Below are positions 11,823-24,610 of a stretch of 64,000 bases of DNA, one piece after another; the first letter of the stretch is position 1; each line of letters starts with the position of its first letter. The position numbers were made by a program, and so were the translations under genes. The notes under the pieces are model-generated. The model was not told where the DNA came from, ran no database searches, and saw nothing but the letters and a program-made list of their open reading frames with translations. This DNA is from an uncultured Candidatus Peribacteria bacterium (GTDB taxonomy: Bacteria > Patescibacteriota > Gracilibacteria > BD1-5 > UBA2023): the NCBI GenBank assembly GCA_964618565.1, contig CAZUBA010000001.1, positions 20,998 to 84,997 on the forward strand. The letters are read 5' to 3'.

Positions 11823-12386
11823 ATGATCAGGAAAATTATATTAGTTATTTTAATATCAGTAGTAACCAATTCTGTATGAACGCATGCAGAGGGTACTTTT
11901 GGTGACTGATTTAATCTACATATGACTGAAAAACAGATAACAGAGGCAATAAATACACCAACACTTAAGAGACTTGAGGAACTAAAAATAGAGGCTGATT
12001 TATTAAATAAAGAGAGAACAAAAATAATTCTATCTGTTATGTTTTGAGTATTATTGCTTTTTTGCTTTGTATATATGATATCTAGATTTTTAAGAAAAAA
12101 TGAAAGAAGTATTGATCAAAGAGTGGATAATCTCAATGAATTAGCAACAAAATATAATTGGTTTTCCCCAAGAGGCTCTATACCTTGAATATCCGATTAT
12201 ATAAAAGTGTCTTATGTTTATTGCTACTGAACAGAAAATGAGATTAGGCAATTATTTTCTGACTTTGAATATGATTTGCTTTTTGAGGCATATGACTATG
12301 TAAAAAATGATTGGTATGCATTTAAGAAAAAAAGAAATAAATTTGTAAGATTCCTTCTAATACGAAAATTGTTCAGATTGATGTAA
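11823..12386 (+). CDS. hypothetical secreted/membrane protein
   Basis: 187 aa. N-terminal signal-like MIRKIILVILISVVTNSVG and a mid TM segment ILSVMFGVLLLFCFVYMI. Confidence 0.55.
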
Positions 12387-12529
12387 TTTTCCTTATGTAT
12401 ATATAGTCTTTTTTGATACATTAGCCTCTTTAAATAGGTACGATAATTTTTTATAAAAATACCATAAATAATCCTTATGTAAATATAAGCAATTTCAATA
12501 TTATGAATTGATTAAATGATATAATATTA

Positions 12530-13180
12530 ATGAAAGAATATTTTGAGAATATTGAAGAATTTAGATACATTTTGAAAAACCCATATGTTCTCGAAGTGTA
12601 TTTAAAATTTCACAAATATTGAGATCCAACCTATTACATTGCTGATATGACATGAGAATTTTCTTGATTTGCGTCAAGTCATTTCATGGAAATGGTAAAA
12701 CAAAGTGAGGTGCTATGATATTTTATCAAAGAATATTTTTTAAATAAGGACCTTTACACTGAATCAGAAATTGAGAGTAATAAAGCGATGTTCATGACAT
12801 TCCTTATCAAAATAAACAATCTTCTAAGAAGATGTTATGATTCTTGAGATATGAAGAATTTAAGCGAGAATCTCGGGAATATATTTAAAGAATCTGATAA
12901 GTTCTTTGATTTTACTGTCCCTGCCGATGCTATATATGACTTGAAAGATGTAAATTGATCTTTGCTCTGATTTTCACGAAAAGAACCGATTAGGCAGATT
13001 GACTTATTTCCCCATATTTTTATTTATATTGTTTATTTTGTCTTCAAAAGATCTATGAAGACAAAATATTGAATACTTATGATTATATGTGATTATATGA
13101 AGGATAATGAATGACAATTTATGAACTATAAATTGATATGAGAAATGATAGAGGAGTATGTAGAATTAAGTTCAGAATAG
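12530..13180 (+). CDS. hypothetical protein
   Basis: 216-aa code-25 ORF MKEYFENIEEFRYILKNPYVLEVY... No motif recognised. Confidence 0.55.
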
Positions 13181-13186
13181 AGTATG

Positions 13187-14011
13187 TTATCCAATCTTAA
13201 TTTCCTTAGTTTCTAGGTGAGCTTTTGAATGAATATCTTTTTTCCTTTTCTCTTTTTTCTGTTTTATAGAATCCCTTTCTTTGATTTTATTGTAGCATTC
13301 CCTTGCTAAATCCTTTGATATGTATCCTCATTCATAATAGTCTTTGATTTCCTGTTCAGTTACATAATCTCATAAGGCTTCAAACCTAGTTTCTCAAATT
13401 TGAATTAGTAAGAGTTTTTGCAAAGATGGAAGAAATTTATCAAAAGTATTTTTATCTATTTGCTTCTGCTTCAAGAATGTGTAAACATCCTTGATTCTAA
13501 CAGTTCAAGTTTCTATATATGCTTTAAGCTGAGATTCTGTAGGGGAATGGAAATTTCACTCAGTATCTACATCTTTAATCGTTTCTAAGCCTAATTTATC
13601 TTCCTGAAAACTGATATCCTGCCAAGCCTTAAAATACTTTAAGCTGAATTTATCAAGAGGATTTGCTCATTTGATGGGGTTTCAGGTTTTGATGTCTATG
13701 TCTTTAATCGAATACATCTGGAATATTCATTTAGAATCCTCTACCTCCCTATATCAGGCAAGATACGAGGCTTTCTTGAAATAATGAGCTTCTCTAGTGG
13801 TTTTCAAATTAAATTGCACTTCGATTTTTCAATTTATGACTCTATCGTACACTTTTATGTTTCACTCTCTATAGCTTGCAACTATTCAGTTTCAGATATG
13901 TTTTACTTTCGTATCTGGATATTTATTCAATATCCCTCTTTTTTTCAGATCATCATACACCATCTTTTCAGATAGTTCAGTTTGACTTATAATTTCTTGA
14001 GTTTTAACCAT
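13187..14011 (-). CDS. hypothetical protein
   Basis: 274 aa, MVKTQEIISQTELSEKMVYDDLKKRGIL... (possible HTH start). Last gene of a minus-strand operon. Confidence 0.6.
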
Positions 14012-14020
14012 GTGTTTAAT

Positions 14021-16846
14021 TTATTTATATTTATCTTCAGTTTTATCCTTTTTGAGCCCTGGAGTTCAAGATATTTCATTAATTGCCTTAGGATTCATCC
14101 TGTCCTTAAACATTCAAATCATTTTTTCAATCCTGGCTGATTCTCAATATTTTGAATCTAATGGCTTATTCTTAATTTTAAGCTCAAGAGCATCTTTAAA
14201 GTCTTTCTTCATGTTCAAATCCAATTCTCAAAGAATTGATTCTAGATTGTCGATCTTAACCCTCTTCTTAACAGATTTACCATTCTTATCCGTAAGATTC
14301 ACAAGAATATCTGATTCATTCTTAGTTCGAGCTATTTTGATTCTTTCTCTCAGATGTTTGATTTCAGCACTTACGGTATCTTCTGCCGAGGCATTAACTA
14401 ATTCCTTACTGCCTTTATTATACATCATTTCAAGCATTTCCGCAAATCTTGGCGATATATTAAGGGGCTTTTTCGGCGATGAGGCTTTTTCCGAGTAATC
14501 AAGGCCCTTCATGAAGTCGTCCAGCCTTATCTCTCAGACCGCCAGATTCTTCGGTCAAGTCTTTCATCCTAGATTTCAATTTCATTCTTCCTTGATCTCA
14601 TTTTTCGGCCTTTTCTGTTTATTTCAGTCAGCAATGACCGGTTTTTTTCATTTTTCCTCATTGGCTGTCACTGGTTTTGCTTTTGATTTGAAATTATCCA
14701 CCAAATCATTCATTTCTTGAATTCTAAACTCATTCAGATTGTTGCAAATATGATTTATTCAGACAAGCCTCTTGTCATTCGGCTCGACTTCTTGTCATTT
14801 GAATTTCACTTTTGTAACTCATCTTGTTCATGATTCTCATGATTGGAATTCAAAGCTGAATCATTTGCCTTCAAGATATCTTAGTTCATTGACAAATTTC
14901 CTTTCCATTGAAAGATATTGTCTATTCCTGCGATTCATATTTTTGCTTGGCATATTGTAGGTATGTTCAATGTTTTCTCATATCATCATTCCTCATCTTA
15001 CCATTGAGATGAGAGTCATGTTATACACGATGTTCTCAAATACTTTTCTAGGTTCAGCCAATTCACTCATTTTCTCGGCAAAAGCGATCTTGAAGTCATC
15101 GGGATTCCCTCAGGATTTCACAAATGATTGAAGTCATGCTTCTGTTGATCAAGAAAGCATTTGGAATCAAGTGAAGAAATGTCATTCTGCAGTAACTTTC
15201 AATCAAGTGATTAATGCTGATTTTGCAGTTCATTCTAGGATTCAGCCTATATGCTCCTGTTTCATTGCTGCCTTGAGATTGGTGTGTATTTCTTTCTCAA
15301 TATCTCTCAATGACATATTTTTTCCTGGTATGGTAACTTTCTCAAGGAGCCTTCAACTAAGTCAGAACATCTTGAACAGTACAATGTTTCATCCAACTTC
15401 TAGAGTTTTCCCTAGCACAAACTTGTTAAGATCTCAATTATATCATATTCAATGTTTCATTCATTCTGTGAAGCTTTTTCAATCACTCTTGTACAATACT
15501 CAATATCATACAGATCTTACGGTATCATGTATTGCAGTATATGTTAATCATGCTTCTATTGCTCAGGTTCACCTGGTTCATACTATGATAGCTCAGGTTC
15601 ATATGGCTCAAGCTATTACTGATATTGCGTTGACCGCAAATTCTCATTTGTTGTTTTTTATCTGTTGAATCATCATATCTATATCCCTGAATCTCTCATC
15701 TATGAATCAGTCTACCATAAATTTATCGATATTGGTGTCGATAAAGCCTTTCAATTGTTCTTTATCTATTTGCTGATTGCCTTTTTGCTTGATTTTGGTT
15801 ATTTCCTTATTCAGTGGTCTCAGATTTATGTCAATGACCGATAATCATATTGAAAAGGGGATAGTGTCATTCTGTCATATCCTTTGGTCTGTTGGATTAA
15901 GATCAACAAGAGCCTTTAGATAGGTTTTTGCTATATCCTTATATACTATTCAAATATCGCTTTTTAATTTTTCTCAAAGCCTGTCGATATCTCTTGATCT
16001 GTTTCTTGGAGCAAATCTGTCCTTTGTGTTTGAATACCTGTCTTCGATATTTTTTCTTTCTGATTCAAAAGAATTTGTAATTGATTGGAGTTTAAGGTAG
16101 TTTTTATTTATGGTATCTGAATAGTTCAAGATTTTCACAGATTCATCCTTCTTGTTCAATGATTCGATTCATAATCATAATTGCAGTCATAATCAGATCT
16201 GGGAGTATATTTTCATAGAATTGGATACTGCAATCCTACCTTCGGCTGTATTAAGGTATAAACTAAGATTGTCGATATTTTTGAATTTATCGGTTCACTC
16301 CATTGCAAACCTGTCTTTCTTAAGGACATAATTCATGTATGCCATCTCGTCTATCACTGTTGATTCTTCTCATCATATGATTATCTCTTTCAATATTCAT
16401 CATTTCACAAGAGTGAATCTGAGATCATCCATCTTCTTTGTACTGCTAAGTGATTTTATCTCCGTAACTGTATTGTTATCTTGAGTTCCTTTTGATAGTG
16501 TATTTGTAATTACTTGTTCAAGTAGTCTTGTTTTCGGACCGTATATTCCATCTATTGGTCATACCTCAGACTGACTCATATTCAGATATTTCAACGCATA
16601 TGACTGTATGAGTTTGATTGTCTGTGGGGATCGATCATGTTGAATTAATTTCATCTTTATAATATCTTCCAGGGGCTGTCTAGCAAGTTGTTTCAATTTC
16701 TCACTTTCATCTATTGCAACGTTTAATTTTTCGAATCATTTCGGATCTTGTTTCAGTTTATCAATCTTTGACTTCAACAAAGAGGTCTGAACCAAATCGG
16801 GAACCGCTTCTGTTTTATATAATGTCGAATCTAATACTCAAGACAT
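14021..16846 (-). CDS. large (941 aa) protein with a peptidoglycan-binding-like motif and glycine-zipper TM region
   Basis: Single uninterrupted code-25 frame, scanned codon by codon for TAA/TAG from 14512 up to the in-frame TAA at 16859. Contains ...EVGPIDGIYGPKTRLLEQVI... (PG_binding_1-like) and ...AISVIAGAIGTGAIIVGTRGTGAIEAGLTYTAI... Track ORFs 14228..14512 and 15974..16159 are internal pieces. Confidence 0.7.
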
Positions 16847-16879
16847 ATTGTTTTGTTTTTATTTTTTTGATTATGTATT

Positions 16880-17167
16880 TTACGGATAAATATTGCTTGA
16901 AGCGAATAATGATTCCATTTCATTCTTCCTTTCTTTGAATTCTAAAGTTTTCATCTTAAATAAATGCTGTTTCATTGATTTTATCTTATCCAATTGCGAT
17001 TTCTCAGAAGTCGAATCACATATCGCCTCAATTTCATGAATGATTCCATCTATCATTTCATCAGTCAAAGATCATTCTTCAAGCAAAACTGAAAAAATAA
17101 CCTTAGTTGCAGATTCATTATTAAGGCTATCTATTATGTTTTTTAAATATTCTCTGTTGGACATCAT
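16880..17167 (-). CDS. small hypothetical protein
   Basis: 95 aa, MMSNREYLKNIIDSLNNESATKV... Bounded by in-frame TAA at 17240 and 16880. Confidence 0.5.
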
Positions 17168-17231
17168 CAAAAATACTATATACAGGGGAATTATATCATA
17201 TTTTTTTGGATATAGCAAATGGTCAATTTTG

Positions 17232-18206
17232 TTACTTTTTTATTCTACTTTCTATCAATTTTATCAGATCTTCTTCGGAGTCAACTCACCTTAATTTACC
17301 CTTAATAGCTCAAAGTTTATATTCTGGCTTTCAATCATTCATCTCTGACCAATTCGTATCTGATAATAACTCTTTGAGTTTATTTTTGAATCATTTTAAA
17401 ATCATACCTTCATTTTCCTCTGAAGTTTCTACGAACACGGTATATTCTGCCTTAATGTCATTTGATAGGGCAGGGGTTGAAAAAATGAATCCTGAATATC
17501 ATATTTGAGCCAGTTCTTCACTTAGTAGCTTTTCAATTTCCTTAAACTTTAATTTTTTTATCCTAGCCAAATCCTCTTTTAGCTTATCTTTCTTATCGTG
17601 TTTCTCCATTACCTCCTTAAAATTATCTACAAATTGCTTGATATTATCCATTTCTTCCTTGTATTTGAGGGCTTCTTCATATGAAATGCAAAATATAGCC
17701 CTATCCTTTTCAAAATCAGGATCTTCTTCTTTTTTAAATTTAAGATCTATGACTTCCTTATCGCCCCATGAGCACTTAGGACATTTTTTAGTTATAATTA
17801 TAGAGTCTGTCTCTTTTTTGTTTTTACATATAAGCTCAACTCAGCATTTCTTACATAAATCCTTTTTGATTATATATTCTTCTCAATCATTGTAAATTGC
17901 TTTCCTTTTTTTACATGTAGGGCAATTAAATACAAATAGCACTCTATTCTGTTTTCAATCCTCCTCTCAAATGTATTCTTTGAAATCGAACTCCATCATT
18001 TCATAACATTCTAAACATCTTGTTTTTGGTGGAATAAGTGATTCGATGTATTCATCCCTCTTTCTATCCTTGTCCATCCATTCTTTGATAATTTCTTCCT
18101 TTTTCAAGGCTCTATCTGACATTTTGCTTTTAAGGTATATATTGTTTATATAATTTGCAGCCATTTGTTGTCCTTGGTTCCATTTTTCGCCATTTTTTGG
18201 TTTCAT
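17232..18206 (-). CDS. zinc-ribbon-containing hypothetical protein
   Basis: 324 aa, MKPKNGEKWNQGQQ... with CxxC pairs (RCLECY, CPTCKK, CKKCG, CPKCS). First gene of the minus-strand operon. Confidence 0.6.
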
Positions 18207-18451
18207 TGTATAAAATCTACACACTGAAACCGTTACTTTATCATACAGTTCATTGTAGTATGATCAATCTTTTAGATAGTTCATTTATATAAAGTTAATT
18301 AATAATTATTGCAATTTTATTATATACTATTGATTATTATTTTGGTCATATGTGTTTTGCTTTTTGATTATATTTTCATATACTTAAACGAAATATAACT
18401 TTTTAGAGCCCTTTGCAAGAGCTCTAATATTTATTAACCAATTGCTTTTAA

Positions 18452-20254
18452 ATGGAAGGAAATAATAATTGAAAGTATTTAATAAAAGAGGAGACTGTAA
18501 GCGGACTTACAACACTCCTTCTTGATATAAAGAATAATCACAATCAAGATGAACTAATTGAAAAAATAAAGGATCTAGAAACTCAAATATCAAAATTACA
18601 GAAGACAAAAAAATATTGATTAGTATGGGAAATGGAAAAAGAACCTGAACAAATAGTATTAGATTGCCAAAGGAAATTACCAATCTTGAAAGAAGTAAAA
18701 GATAAATTTCTAAAAAGTGATGAGTCGTGAAAAGCTAATATACTTATTGAATGAGATAATTTTCATGCCCTTCAGGTATTAAATTACACACACAAAGAAA
18801 GTATAGATTTAATATATATAGATCCACCATATAACACATGAAATGCAAATGAATGGAAATATAACGATAAGTATATTGATGATAATGATACATATAGACA
18901 TAGTAAATGGCTTAATTTTATGAGTAAAAGGCTGACTTTGTCTAAGGAACTTCTGAAAGAAAACTGATTAATTTTCATAAGTATAGACGATAATGAACAG
19001 GCACAATTAAAATTATTATGTGATGAAATTTTCTGATCAGATAATTTTATCGCTAATATTATTTGGCAGAGTAAAACTTGATCTAGTGACGCAAAGGGTA
19101 TAGATACGATTACGGAGTATATTTTGGTATATGCAAAAAATAAATTATTACCAGAGTTCACAAAAAATGCAGATTGATATGACAAAAAAAGATATAAATT
19201 AAGAGATGAATATTTTTCAGAAAGATGACCATACTATTTGGATAATTTGGATAGATGATGATTACGTTATCATGATTCACTAAATTACGCAATTTCAATT
19301 CCAGATTGAAGTAGCATATTTCCTAATTGAAGATCAGAATTTTTAAATGATGGATGGACCTGGAAATGGTGAAGGCAAAAGGTTAAATGGTGATTAGAAA
19401 ATGGTTACATTATTTTTAAAAAATCTAAATCTAAAAATAATTGATGGTGAGTTTATTATAAGAATTATTTATACTCTGATAATGAGGGTAATCTTCTAGA
19501 AAGATGAACTCCTCATAAAAATGTTATATCTAATTTAAAGACTTGAGATGGTGCAAGTTCAATAAAAAATATTTTTTGATTTCATGTGTTTAAATATTCA
19601 AAACCTACTGAATTGATAAAATATTTCATTAAGTCTGTTAATCTTCCAAAAGACGCAATTATATTAGACTACTTTGCCTGATCTTGAACAACTTGACACT
19701 CTGTATTAGAGTTAAATAAAGAATATTGATTAGATCTAAAATTCATTATTTGTACAAATAATGAATGAAATATTTGTGAAGAAGTTACATTCGAAAGAAT
19801 TAAAAAAGTTAGCAAAGGTTATTCTAATGACAAATGAGCTAAAACAGAATGATTAGGCTGAAATCTAAAATATTACAAAACCGATTTTGTAGAAGTAGAG
19901 AATGTTCAGTTGATTGATGATAAGCAAAAGTTAGAATTAACTTATAAGGCCTGAGAAGTAATAGCTATTAAAGAGTGAACTTATCATGAAATATCAAAAA
20001 CACCTTATTTTCAATTCTTTGAAAATAATAAGAAATTAGTGTGAATATATTTCATTGAAAGTTCAAAATGAATGGATCAATTCAAAAATACACTTAAGCA
20101 ATTAAGTAAATCAAAAAATGAAAGTGTTATTTATATATTTAGCTACTCTGAACCTGAATATTCTTGTAAGGATTTTAATGTGCCAAATTTGAGAATTGAG
20201 TGAATTCCAGAACCTATTTTAAAAATTTATAAGGAATTGAATAAAAAAATATAA
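18452..20254 (+). CDS. mod: type III restriction-modification methyltransferase (Mod, N6-adenine/N4-cytosine family)
   Basis: 600 aa: ...ANILIEGDNFHALQVLNYTHKESIDLIYIDPPYNTGNANEWKYNDKY...RHSKWLNFM...ILDYFAGSGTTGHSV... Confidence 0.9.
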
Positions 20255-20271
20255 TTAACAATTCATATTGT

Positions 20272-22014
20272 ATGAAAATTATTAATTTTGGTGTAAATAA
20301 TTTTAGATGAATTAACTGATGAATCGAAAATAATAGTATTAATTTTGATTGATCCAATACCTTATTTATTTTTTGACAAAATAATGCAGGTAAATCATCT
20401 TTTTTAAGAGCGTATGAATATTTTTATAATAATACAATTCCTGTTGTCGATGATTTTTATCTTAAGAATCCTGATAATAAAATTGAATTTGTGTTTGAAT
20501 TCGAATTAGATGTAGATGATTTGACAATAATTGAAGCAAGAGACCCTTCTAAGATGGTAAATTTCAGAACAAAATATCTATCAGCAGAAAACAAAGTTGT
20601 TCTAAGGAAAGTTTGGGCTAAAGAAGGTACTAAATTTAAAGATGATAATTTTACTTTCAATTGGACAACCTCTGTTGTAGATAATATTTGATATTGATGA
20701 TTTTGATTACATAATGTTTTTCAATCATGTTTACCTAAGCCAATATTTATAAGTGCATTACCAACAAAAAAAGAAACGGAAGATATTATTAATTCAATAC
20801 TTGAAGAAAAAGCTAAAAGTGTATTAGAAAATAGTGAATTACAAGAATATCAAGAATTAACCTGAAAATTGGCAAGCTTGCAAGAAAAGATGTATGACTC
20901 ATTGGTTATTTCGAGCTATAAAGAGGAAGTTAATGTTCATTTTTGTAAAGCATTTTCTGATATAAAGATTGAATTAACAGAGAAAGATCAAGTTAAGTAT
21001 ACTACAAAGTCTTTTTGAAAAAACTTTGAAATAGAGTTTCAAAGTATAAATTGATGAGAAATAAATTCCAATATTCCAACAAACTGGGACAAAATATGAC
21101 ATTGAGCCATTAGAACAGCAATATTCAACCTATTTTTAATGAAAGATATAGTTGAATGATTCGAAAGAAAAGAGACAAGAAAGGATTATTTAGTATTATT
21201 TGAAGAACCAGAATTATTTTTACACCCTAAGATATTAAGAATTATAAGAAAATTAGTTTATGAAGTTTCATGAGATTCTTATCCATACCAAATATTGTGT
21301 GCATCTCATTCACCTCAAATGATTGACATTTCAAAACCAAAAACATCGTTAATAAGAATGGTTAAAAATGAACAGACAAAACTATTTCAGATAAATGAAA
21401 GCATACTTGAACATGATTTTGAAAAAACTAAAGATGAAATTAAAGACGAAATGAATGAAATACTAAGATTTAATCCATTTATTTGTGAATCATTTTATGC
21501 AGATGAAGTAATACTTGTTGAATGACCCACTGAAGAATTAATAATAAGATGATACCTTAATATTAATGATGATTCGATTGATAAAGATGTTTTTGTAGTC
21601 AACTGTTGAACAGTAACTAATATACCTTTTTATCAAAAAATATTTTCAAAGTTTAATATAAAATACCATGTAATATGCGATACGGATAATGCAAGTAGTA
21701 GTTGAGTTGATACCTTTTGAAATACAATATATTCTTCTTGAATTCAAAAATCAATTTATGAACAATTTTATACTGATAAAAACTCAAGTAGTGAGAAGGC
21801 TTGAAAACTATTGCTTCATCATACAACGTTTGAACCTGCACATAGAGTGGAATCAGTGCCAGAAAGATTAAGAATGCCTTCTGGATATTTAGATTCAGAT
21901 TGAAAACCATTTAATGCTAATAGGTATTGGAAGGAAGTTTTAAGTTTGAATCTAAATGACTCTGAAATAGATAGGGTACCAATAATATATAATATTAAAC
22001 AAATAATTAATTAA
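20272..22014 (+). CDS. OLD-family ATP-dependent endonuclease (ABC-ATPase + Toprim)
   Basis: 580 aa. Walker A FGQNNAGKSS, Walker B LVLFEEPELFLHP, Toprim ADEVILVEGPTEE and HVICDTDN. It starts 17 nt after mod, and res starts 11 nt after its stop. Confidence 0.85.
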
Positions 22015-22025
22015 CCCACATAAAT

Positions 22026-24362
22026 ATGGAACTAAAAATATTTCAGCAAGAGACTTTAGCTGATTTAAGAAAAGCATTTTTGGACTTATGGAAAACTTGA
22101 AAAAGAAGTTTGCCACTAGTTTTCAAAGCTCCTACTTGAAGTGGTAAAACAATAATGACAGCTCAATTTTTAAAAGATTTAACAAATGATCCTCAGTTTG
22201 AAGCTGATATGTGTTATGTATGGATTAGTTTCTGAGAGGACCTAGTAATGCAGAGTAAAAAGAAGTTATTTCAGTATTACTGATGAGCAAGTTCAGTAAA
22301 TCTATTAGATCTGACAAGTCTGACAAACAAGAAGAAGCTGGAAAATAATAATGTGTTTTTTATTAACTGGGAAAAAATCAAATCATCAACGTCAGATTGA
22401 AGAAAATTAAGAAGAGAAACTGAAAAGACTCAATGAGATAAATGAGTTTTTGATGATTTTATACTTAAAACTAGGGAAGAGAGAGAAATTGTATTAATTA
22501 TTGATGAGGCACATGCTTGAAGTAAAACAGATTTAGCGCAAGAAATAATAGATTTAATAAACCCAAGAATTATTTTTAAGATTACAGCAACCCCAAGTGA
22601 TCAAGAAGAGCTGGATGCAAGAAGAAGTTGAAAATATATCGAAGTTGAAAGACAAAAAGTCATCGAGGAATGACTTATAAAAGAAAAGATAGTTACTCAG
22701 ACAAAAGAAGATTTAGATAAAATATCAAAATTGGAGTTAGATCAAGATATATTGCTTCTTGAATTAGCTTATAATAAGAGAAATGAATTAGTTGAGGATT
22801 ATAAAAAACTTTGATTGAATATTAATCCTCTTGTTCTTATACAGTTACCAAATGATGATAAGGCAACAAATGAAGTTCAGGCCAGAACCAAGCTTGACAT
22901 CGCAAAAGAATATCTAACAAATAAATGAGAAACAGATAATAATGTTGCAATTTGGTTAAGCGAAAAGAAAGAAAATCTTGATGAAGTTGAAAAAAACAAT
23001 TCAAGCGTAAATTTCTTAATATTCAAACAGGCAGCTGCAACATGATGGGACTGCCCAAGAGCAAGCATATTGGTTATGTATAGAGAAATCAAAAAGCCGG
23101 ATTTTCATACTCAGACAGTTTGAAGAATTTTGAGAATGCCTCTTTGATATCATTTTGATATTCCTGAAATGAACGTTTGATATTTATATACAAACTACGA
23201 AAGAAATCAGGTTCATTTGCCTGATAGTAATAAGTTATGAGATAATAAGCCATATATCTACATTTCGACAAAAAAAGACGAAATAGACCCTATTATTCTT
23301 CAATCTACATTTTTATGAAGGGTTGATTATAATGATATCTGATGAACACAATTTGAACCTACTTTATTCGAAAACTTTAATGAATATTTTGGCATTAACG
23401 AAAGTGACATTTTATGAAAGGCTAAAGATAAAATCAAATCCAAGTGATTAGATATTGAAAACACAAAAATCACCTACAATATGATCATTGATGTTGAAAT
23501 CGAGAATTATGATGATTTTATTAGAGAACTTCAGGATAAATGAAAAGATATGCAAGCAAACTTATCAATAATTGATATTGAAAGATTGTATAATCTTGAA
23601 TTATTTAATTTCATTGCTCACCAAGATCAAGAAAATAGAAAATATGCTCCTGAAAGATCTTGGTCAGCAGTTAAAAAAGCCCTTAATGTATGGATGAACT
23701 CGTATGTATCTGAAGATAGGAGAGAGTTTTATAAAATAATTGTAAATGATTTTAGAAAGTCTGACAGTGTACTTAAAAAAGTATTATGAGAAACTCTGGA
23801 GAAATATAAACCAATAAGACAAATAGAGGTACAGGAGAAGGAGAAAAGATCAGAAAAGAAAATAGACTTAAACGTTCCAAGGAGAGAAACTTTTTATACC
23901 GATGATTATAAGGAATTTAATGATTTCAAAATTCAAAAAAGTGCTACAGAGCCTTTTTATTTACCAGATAGCTACTCCTGAAGGGTTAATGAAGTTGATT
24001 TTATTAAATATGTGGAAGGTTCAGAGAATGTAGTCTGGTGGTACAAAAATGGCCAAAGTTGATCACAAAATTTTTGAATTAAAAGAATTTGAAAAGATGC
24101 ATTATTTTATCCAGATTGGATAGCAAAACTATCAAACGGTAAAATATTAATTGTAGATACAAAAGATTGAGTTACTGCTAGAGATCCTGAAACAATAGAT
24201 AAGGCGGATAGTCTTCAAAAATGGATAAAAGAAACAGGGAACAAGAATATTATCTGAGGAATTGTTGTAAAGGTGGGAGATATTTGGAGAGTTAACAATA
24301 AAGAGATCTATAAATTTGATGATAATTACTGAGAGTTTATATACTTAAATGACTTATTCTAA
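22026..24362 (+). CDS. res: type III restriction enzyme Res subunit (DEAD/DEAH helicase-nuclease)
   Basis: 778 aa: ...VFKAPTGSGKT..., ...LIIDEAHAG..., ...FKITATP..., ...QAAATGWDCPRA..., ...TVGRILRMP... Confidence 0.9.
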
Positions 24363-24430
24363 ACTTCTATTGAAAAGTTTGGGAAAAGATAAAATGATCA
24401 GCCACTCCAATTGTTAATAAGAGTGATTAG

Positions 24431-24598
24431 GAAGGTATAGCTATTCTAGCTCCACCTCTAAATGAACAAAAAAGACTTGTTAACAAGATTGAAGAATTAA
24501 TGAAATATTGCGATGAACTTGAAAAGCAAATTTTAAATGCGAGAAATAATTCTGAAAAGATAATAGAATGAGTATTGCAAGAAGTATTTAAACATTAA
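24431..24598 (+). pseudogene. remnant of a type I RM specificity subunit (HsdS C-terminal conserved helix)
   Basis: No start codon, and the frame opens right after a TAG. Encodes ...ILAPPLNEQKRLVNKIEELMKYCDELEKQILNARNNSEKIIEGVLQEVFKH*, the typical HsdS end. Confidence 0.6.
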
Positions 24599-24610
24599 TA
24601 TTATATCTTC

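Noticed and set aside
14228-14512. Track ORF that looked like a separate small gene with an OmpR-like winged-helix-ish segment (ISPRFAEMLEMMYNKG...HLRERIKIA).
   Set aside because: Walking upstream codon by codon in the same frame gives no TAA/TAG until 16859. It is therefore the C-terminal part of the 941-aa ORF 14021..16846, not an independent gene.
15171-15668. Long standard-code ORFs on the opposite strand of real genes. Examples: 14010..14498(+), 15171..15668(+), 18784..19185(-), 25759..26163(-), 31709..32092(-), 48040..48581(-), 63397..63780(+).
   Set aside because: They are low-complexity, Ser/Leu/Phe/Ile-rich shadow frames. Each lies antisense to a much longer motif-bearing code-25 ORF.
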